Assembly (NCBI GenBank): GCA_963845085.1
Contig: CAWJQI010000005.1
Coordinates: 320,001-384,000 of the forward strand
DNA from: Candidatus Fermentibacterota bacterium
Lineage (GTDB): Bacteria > Fermentibacterota > Fermentibacteria > Fermentibacterales > JCC-6
DNA: 64,000 nt
Reading direction: 5' to 3'
How positions within the stretch are numbered: the first letter of the stretch is position 1; the number at the start of each line of letters is the position of its first letter. Shown one piece after another: positions 1 through 11,936 of this stretch. The position numbers and the translations under genes were made by a program. Under the pieces are notes generated by a model. That model saw only the letters and a list, made by a program, of their open reading frames with translations. It was not told the DNA's origin and did no database searches.

Positions 1-47
1 GAACAATGCCTGTTGTCAGGAGAACGAGTGCCGCGCTTTTCATGCCG

Positions 48-3000
48 CTACCTCCCTCCGTCCAGAAGAACGAGCTTCTCTATGTACAATGGTGTGTCTT
101 CCTCCGAAAGTACAGCGAAGTAAACTCCTGCGGGATGAATGCAGGACGAAAACTCGATGGTTTCACCCTGCTCAATTCTCTCGACCACCCTCCCGGAAAG
201 GTCGTATACCATTGCCTCAGCTCCTTGGCTTCCACCAGAACCGAGGGTCCGGTGTTCCTGCTGACGGAAGTGACCTGGGCTGCTCAATGATCGTTGAGGT
301 GGTTCTGCCCTGGTGATCAATGCCGGAGCGGGATACGGATCAAGGCGAACCAGTTTAGAATCTGTGGCAAAGTAATACCCGTCTGGATCATAAAGGTGTA
401 CTACATAATCCGCCACCAATATTAGTAACACCTTCCCCAATAAGAACTTCAGGCTCACCATAGTCGCTGTACTCCAACCAGGAACAATCAGGGAACACGA
501 TACAGTCCGATTCTGTCCAACTCTCTCCATCGGTTGACACGAGAACAAGGATGTCGCCATCAGGTTCCTTCAGTGCAAGGAAGTTGAGATATGGTTCATT
601 AGGGGCAAGGGTTACTTCACCTGCACCAAAAGATATGGTAGCATTAACAGCTTCAGTGGAGTCCATAACCTCGTAAGCCGGATTTACCAGAACTTCAAGC
701 AGGTTGAAGTCGTATTCTTGCCTTCGTCAACACAAGTGAAGGTCTGAACCGCTTCGTGAACTCGGGTCACCATGTCGACATCGTTCGGGCCGTCCACGCT
801 TGCTCCCCAGTAGAGCAGTTCGGGAGGGAAACGATATGCGGTTGGATTGGCCGGACCACCGGACAGGGCAGAACAGCCCATACAGATTGAATCCTCTGAT
901 CCCGTGTACCAAAGCCGCACCCATGGTGTACATCAGCTCGTCGTAGCCCATGACTCCATCACCGGGGAAGAATGTGCCGTTGAAGAAGCTGCCCCTCCCA
1001 TGGCATTGAACTGTGAGGAAGAGGCATTCGGCCGTAGCCGGGTTGACTCCGTACTCGAGCATGATGTCCAGTGCGCCCAGTTCCTGTGAATTGCAGATGT
1101 TGGCCGCGAGTACATGTTTTCGAACAGGATTTCCGGAATCTCCGTTACCGTCTGCCCGACCACAGGAAATCCCGGGATTTTTGTCCGTGAGCACATCGGA
1201 TTCGCTGAACCTAGTGTGGCGGCTGCGGATTTCACAAAGGGTTCTCCAGTCATTAGAACCGGAAACAATGGGGAATTGAACATCTTCAGTAAACGGAAAT
1301 GCCACATCATCAGTGTACCTTGTTCTTACTCCGTGGTTGTTCGGTGAGTCATCATTGACATAGAGCTTGATTTTGTGACCATACCCGTAGTTCTGGATGC
1401 TGAGCGAGGAAAGATGCTCGGCACGAGGCAACGGGGGAGTTTCAGATGAAGTGTTTCTGACTCCACCGGGATTGTCTGCTGGTTATAGGCGATACTGCTC
1501 CATGTAATCTTGGTGATACCCTGAGATGGTGTCACCGGGCTGACCATGGCGATGAACCTGTCGTGTGTCCGAAACATCCGATTGTACCCTGAAACATTGA
1601 TGTCCCTGGTGACGGTTACCGGCCCAACCATCATATCTTCCCCCCAGAGGTCGTTGTAGACCTGGGAGCACTGCCATGATTCTGAGTACATCGGAGTTGT
1701 TTTGATCGCCACATACTGGCCTTCGGTTGTGTAGAGAATGAAACCGCTTCGCAAGTGTGGATTCTCATCTGACTGACGCCAGAAGTAACCCCAGATCGCA
1801 CCATCCGGGTAGAACCCTTCAGGAATGTGATGCTGCGCAGGCCTTCCTGAGTTGGACAGGCATAGAATCCCGGAAGAATCCCTGCCAAAGATTCTTGCCC
1901 TCCATTGCGAATCAGTGGGCTGGTTCTGCTGGGGGCTTCCCACCCACAGAATACGCATCTCATCACTTCCAATTGCACCTGTGCAGTTAGTACTTGCGCT
2001 CCACCCGGAACGGTAATCAAGCTCCCCAACGCAGAAGACTTCCGAGTCATAGCCGGTATTGCTGGAAAAGATTTCGAAACAATTCCATTTGAGTGCCAAT
2101 ACACGGCCCTGGCGCAATCTGTGGGTTCGCCTTTCCGCCAGAGGACCAGTCCTCCATTTAGCTCCGATACAGGACCCGACCTCGGACCGATGTCAGCCGA
2201 ACGATTGTCGCTGGCCGTCAATGAATAGCTCTGTCCTGCAAGGGAAATCCCAATACTGGTTGTGCTGTGAAGTTGAAAACTTGGTTCTCCAAGTTCATCC
2301 GATCCTTCGATTGTGTAGACCGAAAGGTTGCCATTGCTTCTCAGAGCAAAGTACTCGTCCCTGTCGCAGTATGCTGTTCTGAATGCACCGTCGCTCGGGA
2401 CGAGGTCTGCAGCTCCCCTGAAAAGAACAATTGCATCGTCAGTAGGGTTATCCTCTGGGTATGTGCTCTGACTGAACAATACACCCGTAATGAGCGCAGG
2501 GTAGTAGTTCAGAGAGATGTAGTCAAGCGGATGGCCAAAGACGAAGGGTGTGGATTTCCAGTTCCTTCGAGTTCAGCCATAAAAGTATCAGTTCGTACAT
2601 TTCCAACCGTTAAATGAAGACTCCCACCTTCGCAAGCGCGGCGCCCAATGGGAGATCAAGTCCTGTAGTACTAGGTACGCCGCCCGAGCCGGCAAGGCGT
2701 AATGCGATTGAAGAGAGTTCAGCATAGTGGTCGTAGTCTTGATTGTCCGGCTCGTCATGTGCGAACACTCCGCAAAAGTCGCCTCGAAAAGGCAAACTGG
2801 CGTATTGTAGTCATAGTCTTCCCAGTTGCCGAAAACTGTGGGATTGTGAGGTTTCACCTACCTCCAGCGTTTCTCCACCACTGTCATACCGCCAAGAATG
2901 ACGTTAATTCCGATACCTCTCGCCTGGTTCGCCCGTGCGATTGTGTATGAATCGTTTTCCATCTGGAGTTCGCTTCTGATAATCAGAGTATTCACCCCGG

Positions 3001-3262
3001 CCAGCTTTGCCTCATTGAGCACTCCATCGATTAATGACGCAGCATTGCTGACTGCCTCATCTTCAGGGAAGCCTTGGTAACGCTGATAGTAGTTTCTGAG
3101 TTCGTAGAAAGTCCCCTGGAGATCCCATACCACGGGGAAGAAGGTTACCTCTTCGTTTGAGGGGTCTGTATAGGTGTAGTTGTGGCCGTGGGTATAGGCC
3201 ATGTTACGTCCAAACAGAGGAAATGCTATAAGCAAGCATGACAGAATGAACACATTTTTCAT
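48..3262 (-). pseudogene. Large secreted protein (~1070 aa if intact) with signal peptide and T9SS type-A-like C-terminal domain, possibly glycoside-hydrolase-like; split by several frameshifts
   Basis: N-terminus MKNVFILSCLLIAFPLFG after a GGAG RBS. Contiguous same-strand fragments: 2858-3262, 2588-2857/2610-2795 (AHDEPD), 1631-2479, 1326-2117, 727-1431 (ALVHGIRGFNLY), 388-666, 48-560. C-terminus VYDLSGRVV..PAGVYF..EKLVLL. Decay and sequencing error cannot be separated. Confidence 0.65.
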
Positions 3263-3411
3263 TTATGATCTCCTGGAATGAGAATAGATTGTGTGATGAT
3301 GCCAAAAGTATGTTCTGGTGTTGTCAATGTCAAGTAATATCTCGTATAAAGTAAATGATACTGGTTCTCGATATTGATATTTCATTTCATATTCATTGGA
3401 TACATCAGTTA

Positions 3412-3435
3412 GGGCCGCCATTCCCACAGCGGCCC
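3412..3435 (-). terminator. GC hairpin after the leftward phage-like operon
   Basis: GGGCCGC-N10-GCGGCCC about 30 nt past the stop at 3464; no strong U-tract. Confidence 0.35.
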
Positions 3436-3463
3436 CTGCTCCTGTTCGTGTCTGACTGTCGGC

Positions 3464-3816
3464 TCAGCTCGCTTCCTTCATCTCCACCCGGATGCAGTCC
3501 ACGATCTCTCCGAAGGCTTCGCAGGTCGTGGGATTGAGGATGATCCTCTCCCCGGGCCAGTTGATGGCCTTGGGCTCACGAAGGACGCTCGAGATGGCAC
3601 GGGCATTGGTCCGATTCAAAACCAGTAGCTTCGGGGTTTCCTTGAACCTGACAAGGTACTTCTCAACCTTGCTACCGTCACCATCCGCAGCTTGTCCCGT
3701 AGTACTTCGCTGATTGTCAGAGTGACGGGCTCTCCGTCAAAGTCCGCTGCTTTCAAGTAGTTTGATGGGAACATCAAGGCTACATCGAGATGAGGGTTAT
3801 CCTGCTTGCCGAGCAT
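3464..3816 (-). CDS. Phage-type conserved small protein (FPSxYLKAAD...LVLNxTN family), one frameshift
   Basis: MFPSNYLKAADFDGEPVTLTISEV continues in another frame as KYLVRFKETPKLLVLNRTNARAI..WPGERIILNPTTCEAFGEIVDCIRV to TGA at 3464. Confidence 0.65.
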
Positions 3817-4670
3817 TTTCTTCCTCCACTCCGCCGAAGTCGACGGCTTCGTTGTCTGTTACAGCCCATGCCGGGGCTGCGAGTTCTGATTCAACAGGGC
3901 CGGGTCCGGGCCATGTGCCGGATGCGGTGCACTCCTTCACCTGCCTGAGCCAACCGATGTATTCCTCCCGCGCCCTGTCCAGGGAGTCTCTCGAGCCAGT
4001 ACAGACGGCAGGCGTAGGAGGATCCTTCTCCAGGGCGATGACCCCTGCAGCGGAGGAGGAGACCCTTGCCTGAGGTGACGGCATAGGCCTCCTGGTACAG
4101 GGAGGCCTGGTGGAAGTAACGCATGGTCCATGCATGTGCCGAGAAGGTTCGGGGATCAATGGAGCTTGTTGTCTTCAGGTCAAGTATGGCGCCCTCTGTC
4201 GAGATCCGGTCAAGCCGTCCCTTGCAGGCCAGTCCCGTCGGAGGATTGGTCCAGAACAGGCTGACCTCTGGAAAACCCTTCTCAAGCAGAGCGGCCACTT
4301 CAGGCGTTCCCCTGACGGAGTTCCTGATGGCCAGGGCTGTGTTGTACTCGGACTCCCTCAGGATGGAACGCCCCTGCATGGTGGCCTCGTCGGCGAACTG
4401 CTGATAGGCATTGCCCCTGCGGTCTCCCGGCCACAGAGCGTAATCGAGCTGAAATCTCTCAGGCTCAAAGACAGCAGTATGGGTCGCCCGGCCCAGAAGC
4501 ATGGCCGGGGTTTCAGCCGGCGGGTTCTGTATAGCGTACTGGTAATGAAGCGGGCTCTTCGCCATGTGCTTCAGTGTGGAGAAGTTGATCCCTACGGCAG
4601 CGGCGTAATCGGCGAACCGCATCTGCAGTCCCGGTCTCTTCGTCCGGGGTACTAGTGTTCGTGTCGCCAC
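3797..4670 (-). CDS. Exodeoxyribonuclease VIII / RecE-like PD-(D/E)XK nuclease (DUF3799-like), frameshifted near the 3' end
   Basis: INFSTLKHMAKSPLHY, AMLLGRATHTAVFEP, PEVSLFW, CKGRLD, ILDLKT, YFHQASLY; C-terminus (EKDPP..TWPG) lies in ORF 3797-4159. Confidence 0.8.
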
Positions 4671-4870
4671 GGGGCGATCTCCCTTCCGATCATGTCTGTA
4701 TCGAGCTCTTCCGCTGTGAAGGCTCCGACCTCGGGTCTCATGCCGTCTGGTACGAGGAGCCAGAACACACCGTCAGCCCTGTGAATGACCCCTTCAGCGA
4801 TGAGCCGGATGGCCTTGATCTGAGCTGCTTCCCAGGAATCAAGGGGACCTCCGATGATCTCGGGGTCCAC
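4652..4870 (-). CDS. Small hypothetical protein
   Basis: 72 aa, GTG start after a G-rich RBS, overlapping the nuclease start within the leftward operon. Confidence 0.45.
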   Translation of the reverse strand: MDPEIIGGPLDSWEAAQIKAIRLIAEGVIHRADGVFWLLVPDGMRPEVGAFTAEELDTDMIGREIAPWRHEH

Positions 4871-4898
4871 CCCCCTCTGGCCAGGAGCAGGTAGTAGT

Positions 4899-5271
4899 TC
4901 ATCTCGTTAGCCTTCCCTTCTTCCTCCACTTGGAGAACCTTTCCAGATCACGGGCACACATGCTGGCTGCTGTTGATATCACAGCGATATCATCGAGGTA
5001 GCCGGCGACTGGAATGAAGTCTGGGATCAAATCCATCACCCATAGCAGATATAGGACTGCCGCAACGATGGTCACGATCACTTCCACCGAGGCCCTGTAC
5101 TCCCCATGAGATGTGGCAGCGATGTACTCCAGAAACTCGAGGATCTGAACAACCACAGGATCCAGTGCAGGACTGCGGAGTGTCTCAAGTACTTCTTTGG
5201 TTTCTTTCCTGGTAAGGTGGCTTCTGCCCTTTGCCAGAATCTTCTTGAACTTGTTCCCATGCTTGCTTCAT
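4899..5271 (-). CDS. YkvA / DUF1232 family membrane protein, 5' part frameshifted
   Basis: Signature AVLYLLWVMDLIPDFIPVAGYLDD; GGAGG-N5-ATG at 5271. Confidence 0.75.
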
Positions 5272-5475
5272 GGACACCTCCGGGCAAATGCTTCGCCCGG
5301 GCTCACTGCCCGCACCCGCGTAAGGGTTCCCCCTGAGCCCGATTGCAGGTAGAAACCCACATCAGGCCCTCAAGAGGGTTTCTCAGGTCATGTGCTGAGT
5401 TCTATTGGCCTTGGAGAAACGGGCAGTATAAGTGAGCCCGGACGGACGTGAAGGCTTGAGAAGCCTGTTTGGGAC

Positions 5476-6286
5476 TCAGGCGGCGAGCTTGTCCACCAGG
5501 TTGCCGAGGAAGTAGTCGCCGACCTGCTCGGAAGTGGTGATCATGGCACGGCCCCTGCCGTTGTAGGTGAGGCGGTGGGTCAGTTCCTGATACAAGTCCC
5601 AAAGGGAGTGGGCGTTACCGAGGTTCTGAACCACGGGACCCCAGTCCCTGTTGGGAAGGCTGACGTTCTTTGCCACGGCGGCAAGGGTCTTGAGATTCAG
5701 GCGGGTTTTGGATAGGATGGCGATACGGGGAGCAATCTCTTCAAGGATGCTCACACCGCCCTGAATGACGGAGACAGCTTCCTTCAGATCGAAGCCTTGG
5801 GCAGCGGTATGCTTCAGGGCATAGGTCGAGAAGTAGCGGGGGCTCATCAGGCCATTGGTGCAGGAAAGCACGAACGCCATCAGGACGATCCTGAACTTGG
5901 CGGAACCGTCGTAGCTGTTCTCTATGCGAAGGCCGACAGAGACGGCATCCCCGACATCCGGGAGCTCTACGATCTGGTCGGAACGGTAGAGTGTCGACAG
6001 AAACCGTCCCGTCCATATCGTTTTCTCCTCTACCCATCTCCAGCGGGAGAGCGACGTGATTTCTCGGGCAGTCTGCTGCGCGAGACTGTTCGATGAGCTG
6101 GTAGCCCTGGCTGTGGATGTTGATGCACTCCCAGATGCCGTTGTCGTTCAGGATCTCGACGCCAACCTGCGGGACAGCTTCCCCATTAACGGAAACGGGA
6201 GCCAAGCGAACATGCGCAAAGGGATCCATGACGCTCACGGTGTTCCGAAGTGGAGCGAGCTTGGTACCGGTCACGGTAACCTCCAT
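5476..6286 (-). CDS. DUF932/DUF945-like phage/plasmid protein, frameshifted
   Basis: HSQGYQLI in the 5' fragment and IENSYDGSAKFRIVLMAFVLSCTNGL in the 3' frame match the NSxDGS..xCxNGL pattern. Confidence 0.7.
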
Positions 6287-6615
6287 TCTCAGCGCCTGCG
6301 GCGCTGGGTCAGGGATTTGGCAGATTCAGCGGTATCGGCCAGGAAACGAAAGACATTGGCGAGCTTCTTCAGGGGGATGGACATGAAAGGGCTCCTTCCT
6401 ATACTGAGTGTTTACCTACTTTTTTATAGCTTAATACTATATGTTTTAGCCCTTTTCACCCATCTGCTCTAACATGTTCATCACTGCTTCAATACTATTC
6501 TTTCATTTCTTATACATACATTTGCATATTCTATGACTTCCTTATCTTTTATTATTTTTTTTACTTATTTAATATGATCATTTATTTGAACATTTTCTTG
6601 TCTTGACTACTGCCA

Positions 6616-8052
6616 TTGCAAATAATAGTGTTCGTATATTCATTCTGCTACATCATTACAGTTAGGATAGAGAACCTCATGCTCGAGAAAGCACTCGGGT
6701 CGACGCTTGCTAACAAAGCAAGCAAACTGTACGGGCACTATGACTACTTTGGCTACATAATACCGGCATTTTGGCTTGTATTCTGCTTGCTTTTTTCCTC
6801 AATTATGATTTTCGATCTCACTGGTTCAGAAAGTGTTATGCGATGTATGAAGTCTGTTAAGGCCTTCTACCGCTCGCTTAATGCAGGTGGTATTCTTCTA
6901 GTTGGTGTTGGTATTTTTGCTATATTGTATAATATTCTTTACTTAATTGGACATATTATTAGCAGTTTTTCTGCTATCATTGTTGACAGAGGACTTGTAC
7001 GAAAACTTCTAGGCTATCCTTTTTATATTTATGGCGCTGTTATTGAATACTACAATACACATATTAATGATTATACAGATAGTGCTATTTGGGTCTTTGC
7101 ATACTGAGATCAGAACAGATATAAATGCCATCTATGTTATATATATGCAAGCAAAACTCTTGCTCACATTATATTGTTGTTGGATTGATTAACTTTAACA
7201 CGTATTCGGGTATTGTTGGTAACAGTGCATCCGTATAGCGTTGGCTATAATATCATTAACAATACGGGTTAGTATTCGGATATCCTTGGTTTGTACTACG
7301 CAATAATACAACTATAGTTTCAATTAATGCCTTTGATGTTAAGAATAGCATTTCCATTGCGCATAAGAATAGGTTGTCATTCATTGTTCATTTGTGCTTG
7401 CAATAGCTTTATTAATATTTTATTTTTATACAGTGAGAATTTTATATATGCCTTTAATTGATTGGCTGTTGTACCAACTTATCGTTATGCTTGAAAGAGC
7501 AACTGGTCATAATAATAGGAAGATGTCTTCTCTTGTTAGAGTGTATTACTCCATTACAGTCATTCATTACCATGTATAAATAATTCATAGCCTGTGAAAT
7601 AAATTATTTAGATGTCCGTCTCGTAAGTTCTGTTAAGGGATCACACGAAAAGTTCACATCAGAAAACTCTTCGGATGTACTGGTTGATTAATATTGCCTC
7701 CGATATAACGCATAATGAATCACACTCATCCATTAGTCATTTTCGATCCATGTATTCAATGAATAGAAACATGTCAACTGCAACAGCTTTTATACTAGCC
7801 GTAATTCTGGGGTTGTGTTCTATTCACTCCGTACAACACGCAAGACAGCTACTTGTTTTCACACTCTTTCTTGGGTTTGCAGGCACTGTGTTTTATGCAC
7901 GGTATCTGTATTTGTATTCATCATACTATTGTAAATATTTGGTAAGATATCGATATATAATGAATACTGGTACATCTCATGTGAGTGCAAGAAAAAGTAA
8001 TCGTTTGTCTACGGCTTTCTGTAGAAATGTACCTTCAAGAAATCCATTTTAA
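6616..8052 (+). pseudogene. AT-rich multi-pass membrane cargo protein, fragmented
   Basis: Hydrophobic fragments 6616-7107 (YDYFGYIIP, YLIGHIISS), 7394-7579 and 7675-8052 (FRSMYSMNRN) in visibly AT-rich DNA. Confidence 0.5.
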
Positions 8053-8760
8053 CCTGAGCGCAGTAGCATTATAGTCTCACGAATTTGGATATAACGGTTA
8101 TTTTGATATAAGCATATATTAATCATGTCTGATATTTGACATTTGGTCATCCCCTCGTTCTTGGTCTGATTCGGGTGTTCCTTCTTCTCCCATTCATTCA
8201 GGATTTCAATCTTCAGATAGACTCTTCCGGTAATCCAACTCTTGTGGATGTCTTCCCACAGGGCTGTCAGCATCCTTAGCGCACCCTCCCTGCTCGGGAA
8301 GATGCGGAGAGGTTCCGTCCTACGGCGGATCTCCTCGTTCATCCGATCGATGCCGTCGGTGGTGCGAGACCTTCTACGATGTGATGGCGGCTGCTCGAAT
8401 ACAGCAAGACAATCCTCTAAGTTCTCCTCGAACCACTCATCAAAGCCCTTGTAATGACGGTAATCCTCAAGAAGCCTGGAAATCAGGATGTCACTGGTTG
8501 CCCTATCAGGAGCTTCCCAGATCGACCTCGGACGACCACTGATCTCCCCATGCAGACGCCGGGGAAGATAGCCTCCTTACATTCTTGCCGAAGTGGTACT
8601 GACAACGCTGCCAGGTACAACCCTGGAAGCACAACCTGGCAGCAGTCACAAGACCAACATGATCATCGCTGATCACCATCCTGACACCCTTGAGAACACG
8701 TTCTTCAGTGACAGAAAGAACTCCCGCCAAGAGTGTTCGTTCTCGCTATCACTCATTGCA
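8049..8760 (-). mobile_element. IS256-family transposase remnant (5'-truncated, frameshifted)
   Basis: GVRMVISDDHVGL..WQRCQYHF and MNEEIRRRT..IFPSREGALR..WITGRVYL are typical IS256/Mutator motifs; no N-terminus or terminal IRs found. Confidence 0.8.
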
Positions 8761-8855
8761 TGTCCCAATACTTCCTCTAGGAAAACTTCGAGATTGCGAG
8801 GGATTGACATCCAACAAGAATACAGTAAATATTGTCAGCATATTCATGGGAGGTT

Positions 8856-9414
8856 ATGATGAACGCTGAAAGCCTAGGTTTCTACTGTGACTCTTTTTCT
8901 GATCTTCTCCGGTTTAGGCGACGCAATCTTGGACTTACACAGCGGGAGGTTGAGGAAAGAACAGCTCTTTATGGGCCAAGGGAAGTGAATCGCGGTGCAT
9001 ACGGCCGCGCCGAAGGAGGTTACTGGATTCCAAGAGACATAGGTGTTCTCCAGGCAATTGCAAGGGCTTTGGAACTCCCAGACAGTGTGGTAATTGAGTT
9101 TGCGAAGCGAACGCTTGAAGGCCCAAAGTTACTTAAGACTGTTCACTCGGGTACAGGAGTTGATTCATGCGATGATTTATGTGATGGATGAGACAGATAA
9201 AGCTCTAACAATACGAACTTTGGAACAAAAAATCGGCCTCTTTAAAGAGCCAATACACGAAATGGCAAGAAACTTCGTCGACCTATGGAGAGGAAACATC
9301 GGCATCGACGATGCCCCAAGAAATGGTCTTCGACCTCTAAGGCATTACATGCGACCATTTTGTCAGGAGGACATGATGCCATGGCGAAAGGAGAATAGCA
9401 GAAGTGATTCATAA
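8856..9414 (+). CDS. XRE-family HTH regulator, probably one gene with a frameshift near 9140
   Basis: LRFRRRNLGLTQREV..YGRAEGG..IARALEL; GGAGG RBS at 8849; TTGACA at 8804; overlapping ORF 9094-9414 likely supplies the C-terminus. Confidence 0.65.
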
Positions 9415-9470
9415 CGGAGAACCCGCCGGGTGCCAGCCCGGCGGGCAATAGGCAGTAACCCCAACACGTA

Positions 9471-11936
9471 ATGCAAAGGATTACCATGGATGAATCTAAC
9501 GTTTTCTCAACTCGAAGGGAAGGCCATTCGGTCATTCCTGAAACCAATTTTCCCCAGATTTCACTTTGCGCTCCAGGCAGCGAAGATCCAGTTCAGAAAC
9601 TACTTAGCAGGTTAAACGGTGTAAAGCAGCTTCCATCTGGCAGTTGGCAAGCACTCTGCCCAGCTCATGATGATCATACGCCCAGTCTATGCGTTCGCCA
9701 GGGAGATGATGGTCGCGCATTAGTCAAGTGCCACACCGGATGCTCCACACCCGATGTACTTCATGTTCTTGGTCTTACGGTCAAGGATCTGTTTCCGCAA
9801 AGGAAAAAAACAGGCTTATCCATCTCAGAGCAAGGCTTTCACATCGATCGTGTTTACGATTACCGAGATTTCTCTGGAACGCTTTGCTACCAAGTTGTAC
9901 GCCTCATCCCGAAGGACTTCCGTATTAGGCGACCTGATGGAAAGGGTGGTTGGATTTGGAACAAGCATGGGGTTCAGCTCATCCTTTACCGTCTACCCGA
10001 GCTGCTTGCATCCGACCAGTCTGATTTGGTTTTCATCTGTGAGGGCGAGAAAGACGCTGACGCCATGTTGGAAATCGGTCTGATCGCTTTACGACAAACT
10101 CATGTGGCGCATCTGGATGGGAGGCAATTTCAGATTTCTCAGCACTCAAAGACAGACGGGTTGTTGTCATCCCTGACCGTGACGAGGCTGGTAAAAAACG
10201 GGCTGATAGAGTCGCTACAAGGCTGTTCGGTATCACTGCCGAGAGATTCGCGTCCTGGATCTTGGCCAGTGGAAAGACTTCACAGGAAAGGACGTCTTCG
10301 ACTGGCTCGAAAGCCATAGTGACAAGGGACCTTCTGAGCTTGCACTGATCCTGCGTACAACGCTGCCGAAACTTCCCCCCCTTTGGAATAGTAGGGAATG
10401 GCAGGATAAATCCGTTGTGAGATATGGCAACATGGGTACATCTCTACCTGCATTTCCTGTTGATGTTTTCCCGGATTGGCTTGGCAAAATGGTTTCTGGG
10501 TTAGCCATCTCCATGCAGACCCAGAAGATCTTCCAGCCACAGTTGCTCTTGGCATACTGTCCCTCATGTGTGGCGGTGGGAGGGTGGAGATCAGGGAAGG
10601 CTGGAGTGAACCTCTGAGCTTGTATGCTGCCTGTGTACTTCCAGTTGCCTGCAGAAAAACTCCATGCTTCGATGCCATGTTGAAGCCAGTGCGGAGTTTC
10701 GAGAAGTCCCTTCAAGCTGAGGTCGCTCCTCTGATCTCCAAGGCAAAGGCCAATCGTGACATTCTCGAGGGGCGACTCAAAAACCTCAAGAAATCAGCTT
10801 CTTCCAGCGATCAAGACTCTCAAGCCCAAGAGGAAGTCCTTGATTTAGCTGCTGTAGTCGACAGCATGGAGATACCCGCTCAGCCAATCCTTTTCACTTC
10901 AGACGTCACACCGGAGGGCATTGTCCGTATGCTTGAGGAGCAAAAGGGTCGTGCGGCTGTCTTCTCTGACGAAGGAGGTGAGCTGATCGCCAATATCTCG
11001 GGCCGTTACTCCAAGGATGGTCAAGGCAACATGGAGGTCATTCTTAAGGCTCATGCGGGGACATCGATTAGAGTGTTCCGGGCAGACAGATGCCGTACTC
11101 CTGTTTCGGTAGACAACCCTGCCATTTCGATTGTTTTATGCCTGCAACCATCGGTGATGGAAAGAGTGTGGCAGCGTGATGACCTGAACGAAAGAGGCAT
11201 GATCGCCCGTTTCCTCTGGTCAGTCCCTCCGAGCCCTCTTGGACACCGTATGTCACGACCACCAGGTTGTGATCACAGCGTTGCTGATTCATATCACCGC
11301 ATCGTCACAGAAGTTCTTGGGACCAGGTTTCCTAGCAGTGGAAATACGACAAAAAGCGTTCTTAAGGTTTCTCCAGAGGCCCTAGACATTGTTCTGGATC
11401 TGCTTGATGACCTTGAACCTGAACTGGACGAAAATGGACGGTTCTCTTGCATGTCTGGTTGGGTAGGGAAACTCGCGGGTGCTGTCGTACGAATAGCAGG
11501 CATTCTTCATGTTGCATCACGCCGTGGACCTAACAGTGGTTCAGACCCGAATCTTATTGACGAAGAGACGATGCTGAATGCCGTAAAGATTGGTCGGTAT
11601 TTCCTGGCTCACGCAGAACATGCATATGCCTTCTTCGGGAGAACGGATGAAACAGAAATCCAGAACAGAATCCAGCGTTGGATTCACAAAAATGGTTTTG
11701 AAAGCTTTACGGAACGCGATCTCATAAGAAATCTCGGTGTTCAGAAAAAGTGGATCACTGAACCGCTGAGGAGCCTGCAGGATAAAGGCTGTATTGAAGA
11801 AGCACCTGAGAGCCATCGTACAAAGGCTGGAAAACCCGGACGGAAACCGAGTAAGAAATGGACGGTTCTACCGCAGGCTATGTCAGGTTCAGGTGATTCT
11901 GTCAATTCTGTCAATGGAGTGCGAAATGAAAAATAA
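9471..11936 (+). CDS. Fused primase (Zn-finger CPAHDD + Toprim) and DUF3987/YfjI replicative helicase, with about 3 frameshifts
   Basis: ALCPAHDDHTPSL..CHTGC; ICEGEKDA; VIPDRDEAG and KDVFDW in shifted frames. The KDVFDW frame runs without a stop into FPVDVFPDWL, followed by SDVTPEGI, FSDEG, ERGMIARFL of DUF3987. Confidence 0.8.

Noticed and set aside
2855..2860. In-frame TAG between ORFs 2858-3262 and 2588-2857 as stop-codon recoding
   Set aside because: Neighbouring breaks are frame changes, and TAG is a normal stop elsewhere in the window.
3410..3436. Second att site (ssrA 3' duplicate)
   Set aside because: Only weak similarity and in the wrong orientation; no convincing copy of TGGTGGAGGCGGCGGG seen in the window.
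5350..5400. Hammerhead ribozyme in the structured intergenic element
   Set aside because: Minus strand has CUGAUGU rather than CUGAnGA, and I could not build the required stems.
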